This document shows positions 62,301 to 64,000 of a DNA stretch of 64,000 bases, one piece after another (position 1 is the stretch's first letter; each line of letters starts with the position of its first letter). The notes under the pieces are model-generated. The model made no database searches. It had not been told where the DNA came from and saw nothing but the letters and a program-made list of their open reading frames with translations. The position numbers were made by a program, and so were the translations under genes. The stretch is taken from NCBI RefSeq assembly GCF_018350175.1, contig NC_058368.1, positions 146,632,001 to 146,696,000 of the forward strand, given 5' to 3'. This DNA comes from Felis catus (taxonomy: Eukaryota).

Positions 62301-63335
62301 CATTGCAGTTTTGTTAGTTCTTATGTGTAACTAGTTCAGTATGTTTGTGCGATATGTTTTGTGATAGTCAAAATCATTTCCATTGCTCATCATTTAATAC
62401 ATACACTTTAACCCCACCTGTGAGTGGATGAGTCTGAGAGAAGGTTGCCGGTGACAAGGCGGTGCTATGAGCAAGGCTGCTTTCCTGTGAAAATATTTAA
62501 AAACTGGCAATCTAGAATCTCTATAGAAGGTATAGCTGCAGCTTACTGACTGTTTAAAATTTAGGTATATATGAAAAATGTTCTCATCCCACCAGGATAC
62601 TGGTTATGGTATGCTTGTTACAAAAGAGAAAAAAAATATGCATATGCATGTGTGGTGATGGGATGTGACTTCTGCTATTTCTTTCTAAAGAAACTTAAAA
62701 TCATGATGCATTTGCACAAGGAGTTACCTATACTTCCTGTCCTTTGGGGAAGAAGGCACGCAATCCTAGCTGTATCCCATCCAAGCTGTATCCCAGAAGC
62801 TGCCTACCGATGAAGAATTTTTTTTTCTCTTGTTGTAAATCTTACTTGACAAGATCCCGTGGCCACCCAGCTATCTCTCTGGGAAGTGGTAAAGGAACTA
62901 CTTCCAGAGACTTTGAAGTCCTTCTTCAAATAGAGCATTCATAATCCTATTAGCCGGAATTCTTATCTTATCACTTGAATGATTCTCTTCAGAAAAGTTG
63001 TGTTGGTAAGGACTTAGCCCCAGTTGCTTCACAAATGAGTCAGTAGACATTGCAGCCTAAGAAGTTTTGTCTGGCCCCTCTTCCAGTTTTCTTTCCTGCT
63101 GAAACTGGCTCTAATCAAGGAAACTGCAGTTAGATACTGACTTTTCAGTCCAGAGATGTACAGTCACCCGCTAGGCAGGAATGAGTTGGGCTATCATTAT
63201 CATACTTTCTTCATCATCGTGATCAAATTTTCTTCATATGTAATTTCAGGGACATTGCATTGATACTGGCTTAGGTCTTCTTACTAGCACTTAGATCCCT
63301 GAGGCAAGATGGAATGACGTAGGTGAGTTTAATAA

Positions 63336-63521
<186 letters not shown>

Positions 63522-64000
63522 TAGCAAGCATACTAAGGTTTTGAAGCTCACTCAGTGTCACCATCTTAGTTTTCTTTGCATCTAACTGAACAGAAGTAGC
63601 ATTCTCCATTGCATTTTGATTTACTAAGTCCCTCATCTGAACTACTTAAAAGCCTCTCTCCTACATGAGTCTCCTACTTTGAGAAATACTCACCTCTCAC
63701 ATAGGAAGGCATTTCCTGATCTGCCAGCAGTAGGTGAAACAGCACCCTGTAGGTTGAGTCACATGAAATTGCTATTTGATCATTTTTTGACTTACCAAAA
63801 TGGCCCCTTCTTATGGTTCCATCTCATTCTTCTCAGCTGCTGTCGTAGTTTCTATTTTGAAGATGTGCATATGTTGTCTAAAGTTAAAGACAAAATTGCT
63901 TCCAGTTATTTTTATCCCACTAATTAAATCTGAATTTGTAATAGCACCCTAATCCTACCCTTGGCACAAAATTGGTTCTTATCCACACCGCTAATGGTTT

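Noticed and set aside
63304..63324. Intronic ARWNDVG peptide resembling the C-type lectin WND motif
   Set aside because: Only four residues match, there is no surrounding lectin homology, and it is not reachable from exon 10; probably chance.

Overview
Mammalian genomic DNA from a felid, judged by the many tRNA-derived carnivore SINEs including young SINEC_Fc-type copies. The whole window lies inside the versican gene (VCAN) on the + strand. It runs from the end of exon 4 (G1 link module) through exons 5-6, the giant alternatively spliced GAG-alpha (exon 7, 3000 nt) and GAG-beta (exon 8, 5217 nt) exons, two EGF exons (9, 10) and the first C-type lectin exon (11). Exon numbers follow human VCAN as I recall it. 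All introns are GT-AG and the exons join in frame. Introns contain 20 CanSINEs, most with clear target-site duplications, plus nested L1 fragments, MIR/L2/CR1 relics and hAT MITEs (MER5, MER53). I see no clearly new gene system. The best leads are a DPEAAE->DPETAE change at the ADAMTS/versikine site, a candidate frameshifting micro-exon in intron 7, near-identical inverted SINEs around stop-free symmetric giant exons, motifs shared by both GAG exons, and a palindromic MER53 next to the exon 10 acceptor. These are hypotheses from reading the sequence only.
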